Assembly (NCBI RefSeq): GCF_009914755.1
Contig: NC_060933.1
Length of the DNA: 64,000 nt
From: the human T2T-CHM13v2.0 reference genome, Homo sapiens
Strand: one strand, 5' to 3'
Shown here: one piece after another, positions 1-17,415 of the stretch
Layout of the letters: each line of letters begins with the position of its first letter
Numbering within the stretch: the first letter of the stretch is position 1
Program-made: the position numbers and the translations under genes
The notes under the pieces: generated by a model
Database searches by the model: none
What the model saw: the letters and a program-made list of their open reading frames with translations, nothing else
What the model was told of the DNA's origin: nothing

Positions 1-1229
1 ATATACAGGCCACTCATTTGGCAGAAACAATACTCTTGATTGAACAGCAACACCGTTGCCTAAATGACTCTTATCCTACCTTGCACATCATTATTTTCAA
101 ACCAGTATGTAATATTTCTGGCTTCTTCAGGCAATTGTGGTTTTAATTTATCAAAAGCTCCTGGAATTTTATCAGGTGGAAGGAATGCCAATACAGACAA
201 ATGACACATTTTTAAACTAAAATTTTCATCATTGCCATATGGCCTGGCCAATCCACTCACCTGAATTTTCTGGCAAATGAGCTGGGCTGAATGGAAGATA
301 TAAATTTTACTGGTAACAACTTGCAATTCACTTTTAGAAGCTTTGATCACACCTAATTAAAAACTTGTCATTATAATTTGGGGATCCAATTGAAATCTAT
401 TTTCTTCTGCAAAGCCATCCAAATCTTCAAATAAGCTTTTATAAAGTACTTCACTTTTTCCAGTTATTAAACCATAAACGTGCAGTTTAAATTACAGAAT
501 TTTGTAATCCAATGGGGGCATAAACTGCATAAAGTCGATTTAAAAAACCCACTGGGGACAGTTTTGAAAGTGCCGTTCATCAGCCAAAGTGAAACATGCA
601 CCAGTTTTGTTATGTTAAACAAATATGTTTATCTTTTTTGACAGTCAAATCCCTAATCAAGAATAGTTCATGATTTAATATATCTTGTAGCACTGGAGGA
701 AGCTCTGTGCCAGAAGGTGTCTGGCTCAGAAGGCCACTGAATTTGTTGAACTATTTTTATTATCTGACAAAAGGCATTTTGTGAAGGCAAGCATGGTGCT
801 ACGTGTAGAGGTGCTTGGTACATGATTACATAATTTGGCAGACAAGATTTTGTTCATTTTTAACTTTCATTTTAACTTCTTCTGTGATATTCAAGACATT
901 CAAAACAGTGACAGCAGATCTTCCCCACCTAGTCTGCTCAGACCCACACACTGATCTCTTCTGAGAAAACCATCACAGTCATACCCAAAATAATGCTTTC
1001 CCAGCTTTCCAGGGATTCCTTAATCCAGTCAAGTTGACACCTGAAATTAAGTCTGCAAGTCCACCCCTTGTAGATGTGGCACCCATATGGACCTCCTTAA
1101 ACCATACATAATTTCCAAATAAAAAGAAAACAAAGCAACAGTTGTACCTAACATGATGCAACTAACGTGGTACAACTCTCCTGTGATTGTGATTTTCTGG
1201 ATTTTAGATGTTAAGAATTTAGACTTTAG
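1..1229 (-). mobile_element. Ricksha-family (MULE/MuDR) DNA transposon remnant with decayed transposase; continues past the window start
   Basis: Minus-strand translations resemble MULE transposases: LWLM-NGTF-KTVP at ~566-590 (decayed DGTF catalytic motif), ORF 60-350 (IFHSAQLICQKIQVSGLARPYGNDENFSLKM...WFENN), and LFLPNEWPVY at 1-30. Subterminal repeats at ~1180-1229 continue at 3631-3723. Confidence 0.75.
910..1160 (-). mobile_element. Captured ERVL 3' end plus start of an MLT2 LTR inside Ricksha
   Basis: Reverse complement reads aaggggtggac (PPT-like), then ttaatttcaggtgtcaacttgactggattaagg, matching the MLT2 5' end. Ricksha is known to carry an ERVL/MLT2 piece. Confidence 0.6.
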
Positions 1230-3630
1230 GACTGGGCATGGTGGCTCATGCCTGTATTCCCAGCACTTTGGGAGGCCAAGTCAGGAGGATCACTTGAGCC
1301 CAGGAGTTTGAAATCAGCCGGGGCAATAAAGTGAGACCCCATGATATGGTTTGGCTGTGTCTCCAACCAAATCTCATCTTGAATTGTAGTTCTCATAATC
1401 CTCACATATCATGATGGGGACCCAGGGAGAGGTAATTGAATCATGGAGGCAGTTACCCCCATGCTCTTCTCATGATAGTGAGTGAGTTCTCACAAGATCT
1501 GATGGTTTTATAAGGAGCTTTTCCCCCTTTGCTTGCGCTTCTCCTTCCTGCCACCTCGTGAAGAAGGTGACTTGCTTCCCCTTCACATTCTACCATGCTT
1601 GAAAGTTTCCTGAGGCCTCCCCAGCTATGATGAACTGTGAGTCAATTAAACCTCTTTCCTTTATAAATTACCCAAGCTTGGTTATGTCTTTATTAGCAGC
1701 ATGAGAATGGACTGATACAGTAAATTGGTACTGAGGTAGTGGGGCGTTGCTATAAGGATATCTAAAAATGTGGAAGTGAATTTGGAACTGGGTAACAGGC
1801 AGAGGTTGAACAGTTTGCAGGGTTCGGAAGAAGACAGAAAAATGTGAGGAAGTTTGGAACTTCCTAGAGACTTGCAGAATGGTTTTGAGGAAAATGCTGA
1901 TAGTGACATGGACAATGAAGTCCAGGCTGAGGTGGTCTCATATGGAGATGAAGAACTCGTTGGGAACTGGAGTAAAGGTGACTCTTGCTATGCAAAGAGA
2001 CTGATGGCATTTTGCCCCTGCCCTAGAAATCTGTGGAACTTTAAACTTGAGAGACATAGTTTAGGGTATCTGGCAGAAGAAATTCCTAAGTAGCAAAGTG
2101 TTCAAGAGGAAGCAAAGCATAAAAGTTTTAAAAATTTTGCAGCTTGATGATGAGATAGAAAAGGAAAACCCATTTTCTGGAGAGAAATTCAAGCCAGCTG
2201 CAGAAATTTGCATAAGTAAAGAGGAGCTGAATATTAATCACCAAGACAATGGGAAAATGTCTTCAGGGCATGTCAGAGACCTTCAAGGCAACTCAAACCA
2301 TCACAGGCCAGGAGGCCTAGGAGGAAAAAAATGGTTTCATGGGCCCAGTGCAGGGACTTGCTGCTCTGTGCAGTCTCAGGACTTGGTTCCCTGTGTCCCA
2401 ATCATGGCTAAAGGGCCAATGTACAGCTCAGGCCATGGCTTCAGAGGGTAAAGGCCCCAAGCCTTGGCAGCTTACATGAGGCGTCGGGCCTGCGGGTGCA
2501 CAGAAGTCAAGAATTGAGGTTTGGGAATCTACGCCTAAATTTCAGAGGATGCATGGAAACGCGTGGGTGTTCAGGCACAAATTTGTGACAGGGACGGAGC
2601 CCTCATGGGGAACCTCTGCTAGGGCAGTGACTGCAGAAGGGAAATGCGGGGTCAGAGCCCCCACACAGTCCCCACTGGGGCACTGCCTAATGGAGCTGAG
2701 AGAAGAGGGCCACCATCCTCCAGACTCCAGAATGGTGGACACACTGACAGCTTGCACCGTATTGCCTGGAAAAGCCACAGACACTCAGCACCAGCCTGTG
2801 AAAGCAGCCAGGAGGAGGGCTGTACCCTGCAAATCAACAGGGGTGGAGCTGCCCAAGGCCATGAGAGCCCACCTCTTGCTTCAGTGTGACCTGGATGTGA
2901 GACACGAAGTCAAAGGAAATCATTACAGAGCTTCAAGATTTGACTGACCCATTGAATTTTGGACTTGCATGGGGCCTGCAATCCCTTCATTTTGGCCAAT
3001 TTCTCCCATTTGGAACAGGTGTATTTACCCAATGCCTATATCTTCATTGAATCTATGAAGTAACTAACTTGATTTTGATTTTACAGGCTCATAGGAAGAA
3101 GGGCCTTGCCTTGTCTAAGATAAGACTTTGGACTTGGACATTTGGGTTAATGCTGGAATGAGCTAAGACTTTGGGGGACTGTTAGAAAGGCATGATCATG
3201 TTTTAAAATGTAAGGACATGAGATTTGGAAGGGGCTGGGGGCAGAATGATATGGTTTGGCTGTGTCCCCACCCAAATCTCACCTTGAATTGTAGTTTCCA
3301 CAATCCCTACATGTTGTGGGAGTAACCCAGTTGGAGGTAATTGAATCATGGGGGTGGTTACCCCATGCTGGTCTCATGACAGTGAGTGATACCTGAAGGT
3401 TTTATAAGGGGCTTTTCCCCTTTCGCTCAGCACCTCCTGCTGCCTTGTGAAGAAGGTGCCTTGATTCTTGTTTGCATTCACCATGATTCTAAGTTTTCTG
3501 AAGCTTTCCCAGCCATGCTGAACTGTGAGTCAATTAAACCTCTTTCTTTTATAAATTACCCAGGCTCGTGTATGTCTTTATTGGGAGCATGAGAATTAAC
3601 CAATTCACTCTGTCTCTATTAAAAAAAAAA
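1230..3630 (+). mobile_element. Alu monomer (FLAM_C/AluJ left arm) split by THE1 into 1230-1341 and 3608-3630
   Basis: gactgggcatggtggctc...ggatcacttgagcccaggagttt...gtgagacccca, resuming as ctctgtctcta plus A10. TSD aagaatttagac(t/c)ttag at 1213-1229 and 3629-3645, preceded by TT (L1 endonuclease site). Confidence 0.85.
1342..3607 (+). mobile_element. Complete THE1C-like MaLR: 5' LTR 1342-1719, internal 1720-3246, 3' LTR 3247-3607
   Basis: Two TG...CA LTRs starting tgatatggtttggctgtgtc, a typical THE1 internal region, a purine tract before the 3' LTR, and a degenerate 5-bp TSD cccca/ctctg. Confidence 0.92.
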
Positions 3631-3723
3631 GAATTTAGACCTTAGGAATTTTGATCTTTCAGGATTTCAACATTCAGGGTTATGGTGTTTGTCACTGGGT
3701 CTTCTGGGATTATGATCCTCACC
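3631..3723 (-). mobile_element. Ricksha terminal (inverted) repeat
   Basis: Reverse complement reads gg..ggatcataatcccagaagac...ccataaccctgaatgttgaaatcctgaaagatcaaaattcctaaggtctaaa, matching the Ricksha terminus. Confidence 0.7.
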
Positions 3724-4232
3724 TAGATTAACAGCCTCACAGCTCTCTTCAAACTATGACCCTATTCTCCCACTACCTCCTGAGTTCAGCCTCTTTCTTC
3801 AACTTGGCTAAGCCTGCCTTTCTTTTCCTATCTGTCTGCTTTCTTCCCTCTGATTGATCCAAAGTAAAATTTGACTTTTTTTTCATTCCAACAACTCCAT
3901 CTTCTATCACATATCTCCTTTCATGAAGTTGGCCCCGATAATGTTTCTGTTAACAACAGTATAATATAGATAATATTGCATATAGTTAAAGTACGTATTT
4001 TATTTATTTGGTGGCAGCATTCTAATAAGAAATTAAAACTATTTCTTTTAAAATCATAATTTAATCACCAGGCAGAGCAAGTAAAGAGAAATAAGTTCCA
4101 GAATCTCACATCTGTCAAAAGTAAATGCTGATTTTTATTGAGGACTTCCTTATTTCTGCCACCAGTTGACTCTCATACAGCTTGTTCCCAATAGAATCTA
4201 GTGTGGAATTGGCAAATGGGGTGTCATACATG

Positions 4233-4384
4233 CAGCACTCTACTGGAGCTGATAATTAAGTACCCAGAAATTTTGTGAAGTGTTTGTCAAACCATCAGTA
4301 GAAATATTTACACAATGGAAATTAGCAAATGCTACAAATCTGGGCTTCTCCCCACCCAACCAATAGGTTTACTAGCATACAACT
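4233..4384 (-). mobile_element. MER63A-like hAT DNA transposon fragment
   Basis: Reverse complement contains gcccagatttgtagcatttgctaatttccattgtgtaaata, similar to the MER63 left end. Confidence 0.55.
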
Positions 4385-4439
4385 TTTATTCATCCTGTAA
4401 ACGTTCAGAATTTCTATAAATATTCATAGACTCTCCTAT

Positions 4440-5350
4440 ACTCAGTGTCTCAGAATAACTCAAAGTTCTAACAATAGCCAGTGAGGCTGAGTGTGAGTTG
4501 ACCCACCCCAGTCCCTCTCTCTGACCTGTCTCCTGTTAGCCTTCTGACTCCCAGTATTCTCTACTTCATGCACATGGGCTACGCACCCTGCTGTTTGCCT
4601 GCCTTTTCTTCTTCGAGTGCTCTTCCCCAGATATCTGCATAGCTGGTGCCCTCACCTCCTTGGAATCTTTGTTCAAATGTTATCTTCTCTGTGAGACCTT
4701 CTATATAAGTTTTCTATGATTGCTGGAATAAATTAGCACACCTCTAGTAGCCTAAGAGAACACACACTCTCTCTAGGGGAGAGAGAACACTTTCTTACCT
4801 TCTCCAGCTTTGAAAGGATGCCTGCATCCCTTGGCCCCTGGCCCCCTTCCAGGCAGCAACCACATCATTCTGACCCTAGCTGTCATGAGTCTTGCCTCAG
4901 ACTCTCCTGCCTCCCTCTTTTGCTTTTAAGTACTCTTGTGATGACATTGGGCCAACCTGGGTAATCCAGAATAATCTCCTCATCTCATGATCCATAACTT
5001 CATCACATCCACAGGTCCTTTTTGCCATATAGGGATATGGACATGTAGAAAGGCCATTCTTCTGCCTATTACTCCCTCCTTGAGCATTCTAACTACCTTC
5101 ACATCTACCCGCTCCCAGCATTCCTGAGCTCCCTTCCACACTTAATTTTTCTCTGTGCCACTTATTACCTTCTGGCATATTATATATTTTCCATAGTTAT
5201 TTTATTAATGATCTGTCTTTTCTCACTGGAATATAATTTGCATGAGGGTAAACATTTTTGTTTTAAATCATTGCCATATTTTCATTATGTTGAACAGTGC
5301 CTTGCTCTTAGTAAAGATTCAAGAAATATATAAGTTTTGGCTGAATAAAT
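4440..5350 (+). mobile_element. L2 3' fragment interrupted by an MLT1 LTR
   Basis: tcttccccagatatctgcatagc...caaatgttatcttctctgtgagacc, ending in acagtgcct...tgaataaat, typical of L2 3' ends. Confidence 0.6.
4702..5072 (-). mobile_element. MLT1 (MaLR) solo LTR
   Basis: tcttgtgatgacattgggccaacctgggtaatccagaataatctcc...ggccattcttctgcctattac is an antisense MLT1 signature. Confidence 0.65.
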
Positions 5351-5550
5351 TAGGTTGAGAAGTTTGGGGGAAAATCCTGGCATGATACAGAAGATGGTTC
5401 CCAGTGATGGGAAAGGGCCATGTGGTGGGGCCTCTACAGGAAGCTGGGATGCTCCAGAGGTCCCCCAGGGCAGAGCTGCTTTGCTCACGTTGAACTCTTT
5501 GCCCAAGCTCTGATTTCTAATGTTTTCTTTCATATTTGTTTTTGCTCTGC

Positions 5551-5689
5551 CTTTTTTTAATTAATTTTTTATAGAGATGAGGTTTTACTATATTTCTCAG
5601 GCTGGTATCAAACTCATGAGCTCAAGCAATCTTCCCACCTTGGCCTCCCAAAGTGTTATTACTGCAGGTGCAAGCCACCACACCCGGCC
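5551..5689 (-). mobile_element. Alu monomer (FLAM_C-like)
   Basis: T tract, then agagatgagg...ctcaagcaatcttcccaccttggcctcccaaagtg...cccggcc. TSD tg(t/c)ttttgctct at 5537-5548 and 5690-5701. Confidence 0.85.
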
Positions 5690-5895
5690 TGCTTTTGCTC
5701 TTTCTTTGAAATATACTCAAAATGCTTATATTGGTTTCTAACTATAGATCATGAACTCCTGAAGCAAAGTAACCACTTTGTTCTTCATTATTTCTTTCAC
5801 TCTTCTACTCTGCGCGGTGCCAGATATTGGATATGTAGGTGCCTAACCTTTGCTTTTCTGATTTCTTACATTTTATTTCATAAAAATCAGCCTAA

Positions 5896-7390
5896 CCACG
5901 TTGTAGAGAGGGATGATTTCCTTCCTTTGTTTTGAAAATTTGTGCATGCCCAATGCTTACATTGTGCGGTTTAATGTTGCTTCAGTTTTTTTTTGTTTGT
6001 TTGTTTGTTTCTATTTTTGCCAGACTTCCGAAACTCTTAAAACTTGTTTGTGGTCAGCATAGCAAGGAACATGCTTTAGCTTTGAACAACTCTTTAACAT
6101 GAAAAAATGCACTGACATTGTTTTTAATGTAACATAGGCTAGAATTTTTCTATGTTTGCCCATGCTGAGAATTGTCCCACCCGGCTGATGTGTTCACCTC
6201 TTCAGCTTGGATCCTGTTGTGTATTTATTTACAAACATCAATTGTCTTCAAGCCATCATTTCTGCTGTATGTTTTGCAGCCTTCTATAGTAGATACACAA
6301 CAGATAATGTGAAGAGAAAAGACATAAGAGGAGGAAGGTAATGAGAGACTTTGTCAAGGTTGTAAACTTCTTGGTTTCTTTGAAGAATTTGTTGCCTTTC
6401 TAATAAGACAGTAAAGCAGAATTTTGTTACTGACAGCCTAAAACCACTTAATCTCAGGTGAATGCATCACTTGCCAAGCTGTTGGAATGCTATTTGTGTT
6501 TTGTTGCACGATTTTTTGGTTGTTTATTTGGTTGGCTTTTTGGAAGACAAATTTGGAAAGGGGACCTACACAGAAGTGCTGACCCACCCACATTCCCTTA
6601 TTATCATTACAGACAAGAAGGAATTAGCAGAGCTAAGAATGGAGTGAAGAAAGGCAGTGTGATAAGCACCAGCAAAGAGTTGAGAGCTGTTGCTCTCTAA
6701 ATTATTATTTGATTATTTTAAAAGTATGGAAGTTTTCTAGTCACTGAAGAAAGGAGGGGAAAGTGCACTTATTTTTATATGGAGTTACTTAACTACCACC
6801 TAAACACATATGTGGAAATTGTTTTTGCTGGTGCAAAGTATTTTAATTAGCAAGAATTCATATATTGAGATTATAATTAGAGAGCTCAATTTATATATTT
6901 GCTATCCTGCTCAAGCCTGACATGGCAAAAAATAAAAATAAAAAGAAAACCAAGTTCACTCCAAAATATATAGCTTCAAAATAAAAAACACTGGAAAGTT
7001 TGCTGTGATAACTATTTTGTACTTTTGTACAAAAAACCTAAAGAACAAATTACCTGAAGAACAATTTGCTAAACATGAGAAATTGCTCCCTTTGAGTATA
7101 TACAGATAAGATAGGAAGAGTGTTCAGACCAGAATATTATAGTTTATATTGAAGATAATATTCAGTTGACTCATAACTAGTAACCACCATTCATGATAAC
7201 ATTTCAGCATTTCCAAGGTGCCAAGTGTACTGATTTTTAAAAATATATTTTAGAAGGAATTTAGAACTGGTGTTTTTAATGAAAACCAGCATCTCTGATG
7301 TTGCAACATGTATGTGAAATGGGTGTTACATCTATCCTGCCCTTTAACTCCACTGTTAACAAAGTGGCTGAAAATAACAGTAAGAAAAAA
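5896..7390 (+). pseudogene. Probable 5'-truncated processed retrocopy consisting only of an mRNA 3'UTR (parent not identified)
   Basis: 1.5 kb with no recognisable repeat, flanked by the 14-bp direct repeat aaaaatcag(c/t)ctaa (5882-5895 and 7386-7399). Decayed polyA signal aacaaa at 7358-7363, ~20 nt before an A-rich end. AU-rich, no credible ORF. Confidence 0.6.
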
Positions 7391-7422
7391 TCAGTCTAAG
7401 GGAGAAAGCCACTAATGCTCTC

Positions 7423-7425
<3 letters not shown>

Positions 7426-7473
<48 letters not shown>

Positions 7474-7482
7474 TGTGTGTGT
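7426..7482. repeat. Compound (TC)n(TG)n microsatellite
   Basis: Perfect TC run followed by a perfect TG run. Confidence 0.97.
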
Positions 7483-8969
7483 TAAGGGGGATGTCGGGAG
7501 GTGATCTTAACTCTTGAAAGAAAACTTCTTTGTATAGGAAGCATATTTTGGTTTAGGTACAATGATAAGAAAGTTTAATTTTATAATCCATAAGACCAGA
7601 TACCTTCAGAAATGATTTTTCCTGTGGGATTTCTATGACTGGTATTCTGACTAGTGTGAAATGACAGCTTTGGATGTCTATATCTACACCCATCAAAACC
7701 TCAGAGCTTCATGCACTGCTATAACTTTTCTGTTAACTCTGGGTAAATTCGGAGGTTGGTACAAGGAATAATTTTAACTTCAGATTTTACAGCTTGTTTA
7801 TGTTAAGGGCAGAAAGATCTACTTTTCAATGATCTGTATTTTAAGATATTGACTTTTCCTGGTGCTATTTTATGATTATGGAGAAAATAGAATTCTTATT
7901 AGAAATCTCAACTCCGAATTAAGAGTAGATGTTTTGATACTTGTCCTGCTGTGGCCTGAGACTTGGAATCATGAATTAAAAGAGACCTTGCTGTTTATCT
8001 ACAGATTAGAACACACAAATAAACATCAGTGTAACATCCTCATTAGCATTCTGGTAGTTACATGTACTTATTCCAGAGCAAAATTAATATATGATAAGAA
8101 GTGGAATATTTTCTGTTGTTATCTAGGATATTAAGACAACAACCTTCCTTAGAAAAGAAACAGCGTATTATGAGGACAGTGGATGCTACAACGTTATTTG
8201 CCTTCAAGGCATTGCAAACAACTGGAATCAATTGTATAACCTTCTCAAGCACAAGCCAACAGTGAAATGAGAGTCATTTATCTGAAACAGCAGGCAAGAG
8301 CTTCATTGGTACACTCGGAAGGTGGCTCACTAACCCTGCCGAAGTTTTGCTTCATCTGATCAGGGCATAAATGTTTCATTGGCCCAATAACCAAGGTCTT
8401 AGAGTTTCACAGTGTTTTCTCTCCAATAGCTAATACAGGGAGCATTGCTGATATCCTGCCCCTGGTTGCCAAGGCTGAAATCAAACGTGCTTTGAATAAT
8501 ACTATAAAAACTTTGAAATCAATCTTTGCTGTAGGAGCCAATGTTCAACTGTGGGCTCTATACAAAGCCGCTTAAGGTGGGAGGGAGCAAACTTTTCTAG
8601 TTGGTTTTAGGTAACAGAAACAGATGTCTTTATTGGATTTGTCTGGAAAAAAAAGTAAGGAAAATCCCAACATTATCTGTTCTGGTCAAGAATTATAAGG
8701 CTCAGTCCCATTTTATTTCTGTCCTCCTTTGGATCCTTTTTTCTTATTCTTGACTCTATACATGGAGAAAAAGTTCAAGTGCATCTAAAGCAGTAATGCT
8801 GGGAACTTGCCAACTTATTCCCATGATGCTACTGTTGGTTATAAAGCATTTTGAGGATTCTTGTGTTCAGAGATAGTGATAAGCCACAAGAGGAAGTCAG
8901 TCTTGCTGGTGTACAGCTGCATTTTGGGCCCATGTATAGAAGAGCTAACATGGATTTCAGAGTCTTCCA

Positions 8970-9128
8970 GGTGTTTGAAATCCAGGGTCTGCTCTCAGGA
9001 CCTGTGAGGTCTTAGATAAGTTGCTCAATCTCTTTGAGCCTCAGTTTTCTGAGTACAGTGGCACATAACTCACAGGACTGCGGTGTGGATGAATTGCGAT
9101 GATGTGTATGAACCCAGCTCAGGGTCTG
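8970..9128 (+). mobile_element. MIR SINE fragment
   Basis: MIR core: aagttgctcaatctctttgagcctcagttttct...actcacaggactgcggtgtggatgaattg. Confidence 0.6.
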
Positions 9129-9410
9129 CTTTCCTTCTTTCTTCCCTGCCTCTGAATTTACACCAAGCTGTACTTCTGAGGTCTGACTCCTGAGAGGCTA
9201 GACATACAGTGAAGCTTGATGCTTGCTAGAAACTGAGGGGCTAGACTTGAGTGTTAGGGAACCTGGGAATGACATCTGTCATTCATCCGGGAAGGCCGAG
9301 GAGGAAAGCGAGGCAGGGCAGCAGAGCAGGAGGTGGTGCCCATAGAGGCCACTTTTGGACTGGAGCCTGCTCAAGGCACTTTAGTGCTGAGTCATTTGGG
9401 GCCCAAGGTA

Positions 9411-9580
9411 GGGGCAGATAGAAGAGAAGGACGGCAGTTATCGCCTAGTCACAGGGGCAGATAGAAGAGAAGGATGGCAGTTATCGCCTAGTCACAGGGG
9501 CAGATAGAAGAGAAGGACGGCAGTTATCGCCTAGTCACAGGGGCAGATAGAAGAGAAGGACGGCAGTTATTGCCTAGTCA
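9411..9580. repeat. 43-bp minisatellite, ~4 near-identical copies
   Basis: Unit ggggcagatagaagagaaggacggcagttatcgcctagtcaca starting at 9411, 9454, 9497 and 9540. Confidence 0.96.
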
Positions 9581-11240
9581 GGAATTTAACAATCTCTATT
9601 TCCTTTCAAACCTCGTTTCATCCCTTCCATCCCAGTGAAATTCACAGGCAATTAGACTTCCTCCTGCATCTCAGAGCAGGCCTCTGCATCATCATTTCTC
9701 CTCTGCAAGTGTATCTTCTTCGGGCACGTCGGAAGGTCTTAGTGAACCTGCGGTATTTAGGGACTGGATCCTCTTTCCTCTTTATTGTCAAAGTTGTGGC
9801 TTGCCGAGGTCAGGACAGAGTATGATTATGACATGTTAGCAATCGTCACCTCTCATTTTTAAGTAAATATACTTTTATGCAGTTTGAGCTTTCATTCATG
9901 TCATTTATTAATTTGTTCTTTCGTTAACACATTCATTTGTGGAGCATTGGCCTATAAAAGCGAAGAAACACTTCCTTAGCATTAAGGAAGGAGAGAAAAC
10001 AAAATGCACAGAGGCACATGCTTTGTTTTGTATAACTTTGAAAGTTTCTAAAATAAAATAATGTCTAACTTGGAAAACCAAAACCTATCACTGAGATATT
10101 TTCATAATCTAAAAAGTCAGTTTCAAAAGAACTTCCAAAATGTTTTAAAAAATGATTATCCTTAAGAATAATGATGTAGCATTCCAAGGTTTTAGTGTTC
10201 AATCAGCATTTATTACCACCTGCTGGGTGCCTGAGGCAGGACATTTGTAATGAGAGCCACAAACATGAATTGAAAATCCGCTGCCCATAGGTTCACAGTT
10301 CCTGTCAAAGCATAGACCCCCCTGTAGATACAGCCCCCTGTCTAAGATGCCCTGTGTTCTGGGCGAGAGGATACACTAGGTCTGCAGGTATATCTGGTGG
10401 GCAGAACAGGAAAGGTGTCACTGAGGAGGTGCTATGTGAGTTAGTTGTGAAAAATGAGTACGGGTTTATGAGGCAGAAATGAGAGGCACTTTGCTGAAGT
10501 TACAACTCCTACCAGGCACTCGTTTGAATTTTCTGTTTCATTTGCTCTTTGGAGGTTGCTTGTTGGTACACTTACATCTTCTATGCCAGTCTTAAAAGAG
10601 AGGAGTGAGTGTGTGTGTGTCTGTGTTTAGTATTTTTTGCAGAGTTTCTTTGTGTTTCCAAGCTTACATTAGAGCTGAAGCTTGTCAGAGTTCTCATAAC
10701 AAATGCGTGATTGAACTAAATTCCAACCTGCCGCCTCTGGCGTTGGAGACTTACAGCACCTCAGTGCATTCATGGGGTGTGCTCTACCCTCTACCTTCGT
10801 GATTTATTTAAAGACCAAATATAATGAATAACAATTCTTAGGCTTAAACCTATAGCAGGCGTAGGAAATAGTTCAAACCTTCTGACATACATGAACAAAT
10901 GCAATCTTCAAAAACTACTGTTTTTGAATCTGCGTGAATGTACTGAACTCGTTGCTACCTTCATTTAAATGTGATGTATCAAAAGTGCTTTGTAAACTGT
11001 TAAATTCCAATGTTGACATTGTTATAGACACACTTTATTAAATACTGGATGATGATTTTATAAAGTACAGGGTTTTTAGCTGTGAAATTATTCTAAAATA
11101 TGTAGACAAAATTTTGAATAATCTTCCCATTTTGAACACAATGATTGGTTTTAAAATTCCCTTGATTTATATGTTTGTATACTGTGGATTCTCAATTGAG
11201 TGAATTAGTGTCTTTGCAATATAGTAAGATTTTGGTACAG

Positions 11241-12502
<1,262 letters not shown>

Positions 12503-13989
12503 AATCTATCAAGGAAAAGACTAGATTAGTAGGATCTCATTTGTTTCATAGCCCATTATTTGAAGGATGATTTAAGATGATAGGAAATACTGACTCACCT
12601 TTTCTAAAAAGACAACTGCTTTTCTTATTCTTTTAAGTTCAAATTTGTCTTGTCTCCTTTTGATTAATTAAAACAAGTTATCAAAAGCCTTAACAGAAAA
12701 TATTATTTATTGAATCAGAAGAGAAACAGGAAATATTGTGCTTTCTTGGGCCTGTTTCCTATACCCCAATATCATAAGAATTGTTGTTGCTTCTATAATG
12801 TTCAGCTTCAAATTCTTTTGCTTAATCAATCCAAATGAATTACCTGAATTTTCTCCTCTTGTTCAAAATGGAACCACATTCATCCACCTACCCCCAGCCA
12901 TAGGACTGTTTCTTTTATTCCGATAGTTTGTGATATCCTTGACTTCACAGCAGAAAGCTGTGAATCTCCCAAACCCCTTCACTCAGGTCCCATGGGGACT
13001 GCCCTCTAAAGTCTCTTCAGTCTTCTTTCTTTGAATGTTCATGGCTACCTTGTCGTTTAGACTCTTATCCCTGACTGTATGAGATCCCTCAGGTCTTCCT
13101 GCCTGTGGCCATGCCTAATTTATACCCTTCCTAAAATGTGATGTGATCATGTCACTGCCTTGCTTAGAAGCCCTGCACTGGCGTCCAACACGTGTAGAAT
13201 CAAGTGCTTGCTGTTTAACATGGTCTACCCAGTCCTCCAGATTCTGGCTTCCAGTTATTTCTCAGCCTCAAAAAAGCACCTAACTCTCCAAACATATCAA
13301 ATAGCTTGTGCCCTCCTGCCTCCCGTTCACACCTCCATTCCTTCCCCTCTACCTGGATGCTCCCCCCTTCATCCGCCACCCCGCTGTAAGCTCCCATGGA
13401 TTGACTGGTGCTTGAGTGTTTTATTGCACTTTGGACCTCCCGTCTCTCACTCCTGGCTTCTGTCTGTCTACCTGTCTTGACCGGCCACTTGCACTGCGTC
13501 TGGCTTATCTGCCTCATTCTGGTTGACAGTTTTATTTGTTAGCTTCATATCTACTAGTTTTCTCAATTATTTATCAGCCTCTCCACACCAGGCTCCTTGC
13601 CCCGTATTTGTAAGCTGCTATTGGCTTGAGGGTGACTGTGCCTTTCTAATAAAACTATTTTATAGACTGATAGTTACAAGGGTATAGTAGAACAGAAATT
13701 AATCTACCTTTGAGTGTATTTCAACATATCTAGTGATCCATGAATATTTCTTCTTATTATTATCATTATTGTTATTTTTAAATAGACGATCAGGAAGGCA
13801 GAGGCTAGGTCACCAATGTGAACTTAGGCTTTCATCTTTATGACGATATTTGGGATCACTGCAAGTATTCTGAATTTTAAATGGCATTCAGTGATTTGAT
13901 AAAATAGGAATTTTGTTACTCTGAACTGGGTAGTGTTTCAGCAACTGGCTACTGTGTCATTATTTCTATAAATTCAAAATGTAGAAGGA

Positions 13990-15035
<1,046 letters not shown>

Positions 15036-15037
15036 TC

Positions 15038-17415
<2,378 letters not shown>

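Noticed and set aside
1854-2947. ORFs in the THE1 internal region
   Set aside because: Fragmented MaLR internal sequence with no intact product.
12720-12760. gaaacagg...cctgtttc hairpin as a small RNA
   Set aside because: Only an 8-bp stem with no other supporting features.
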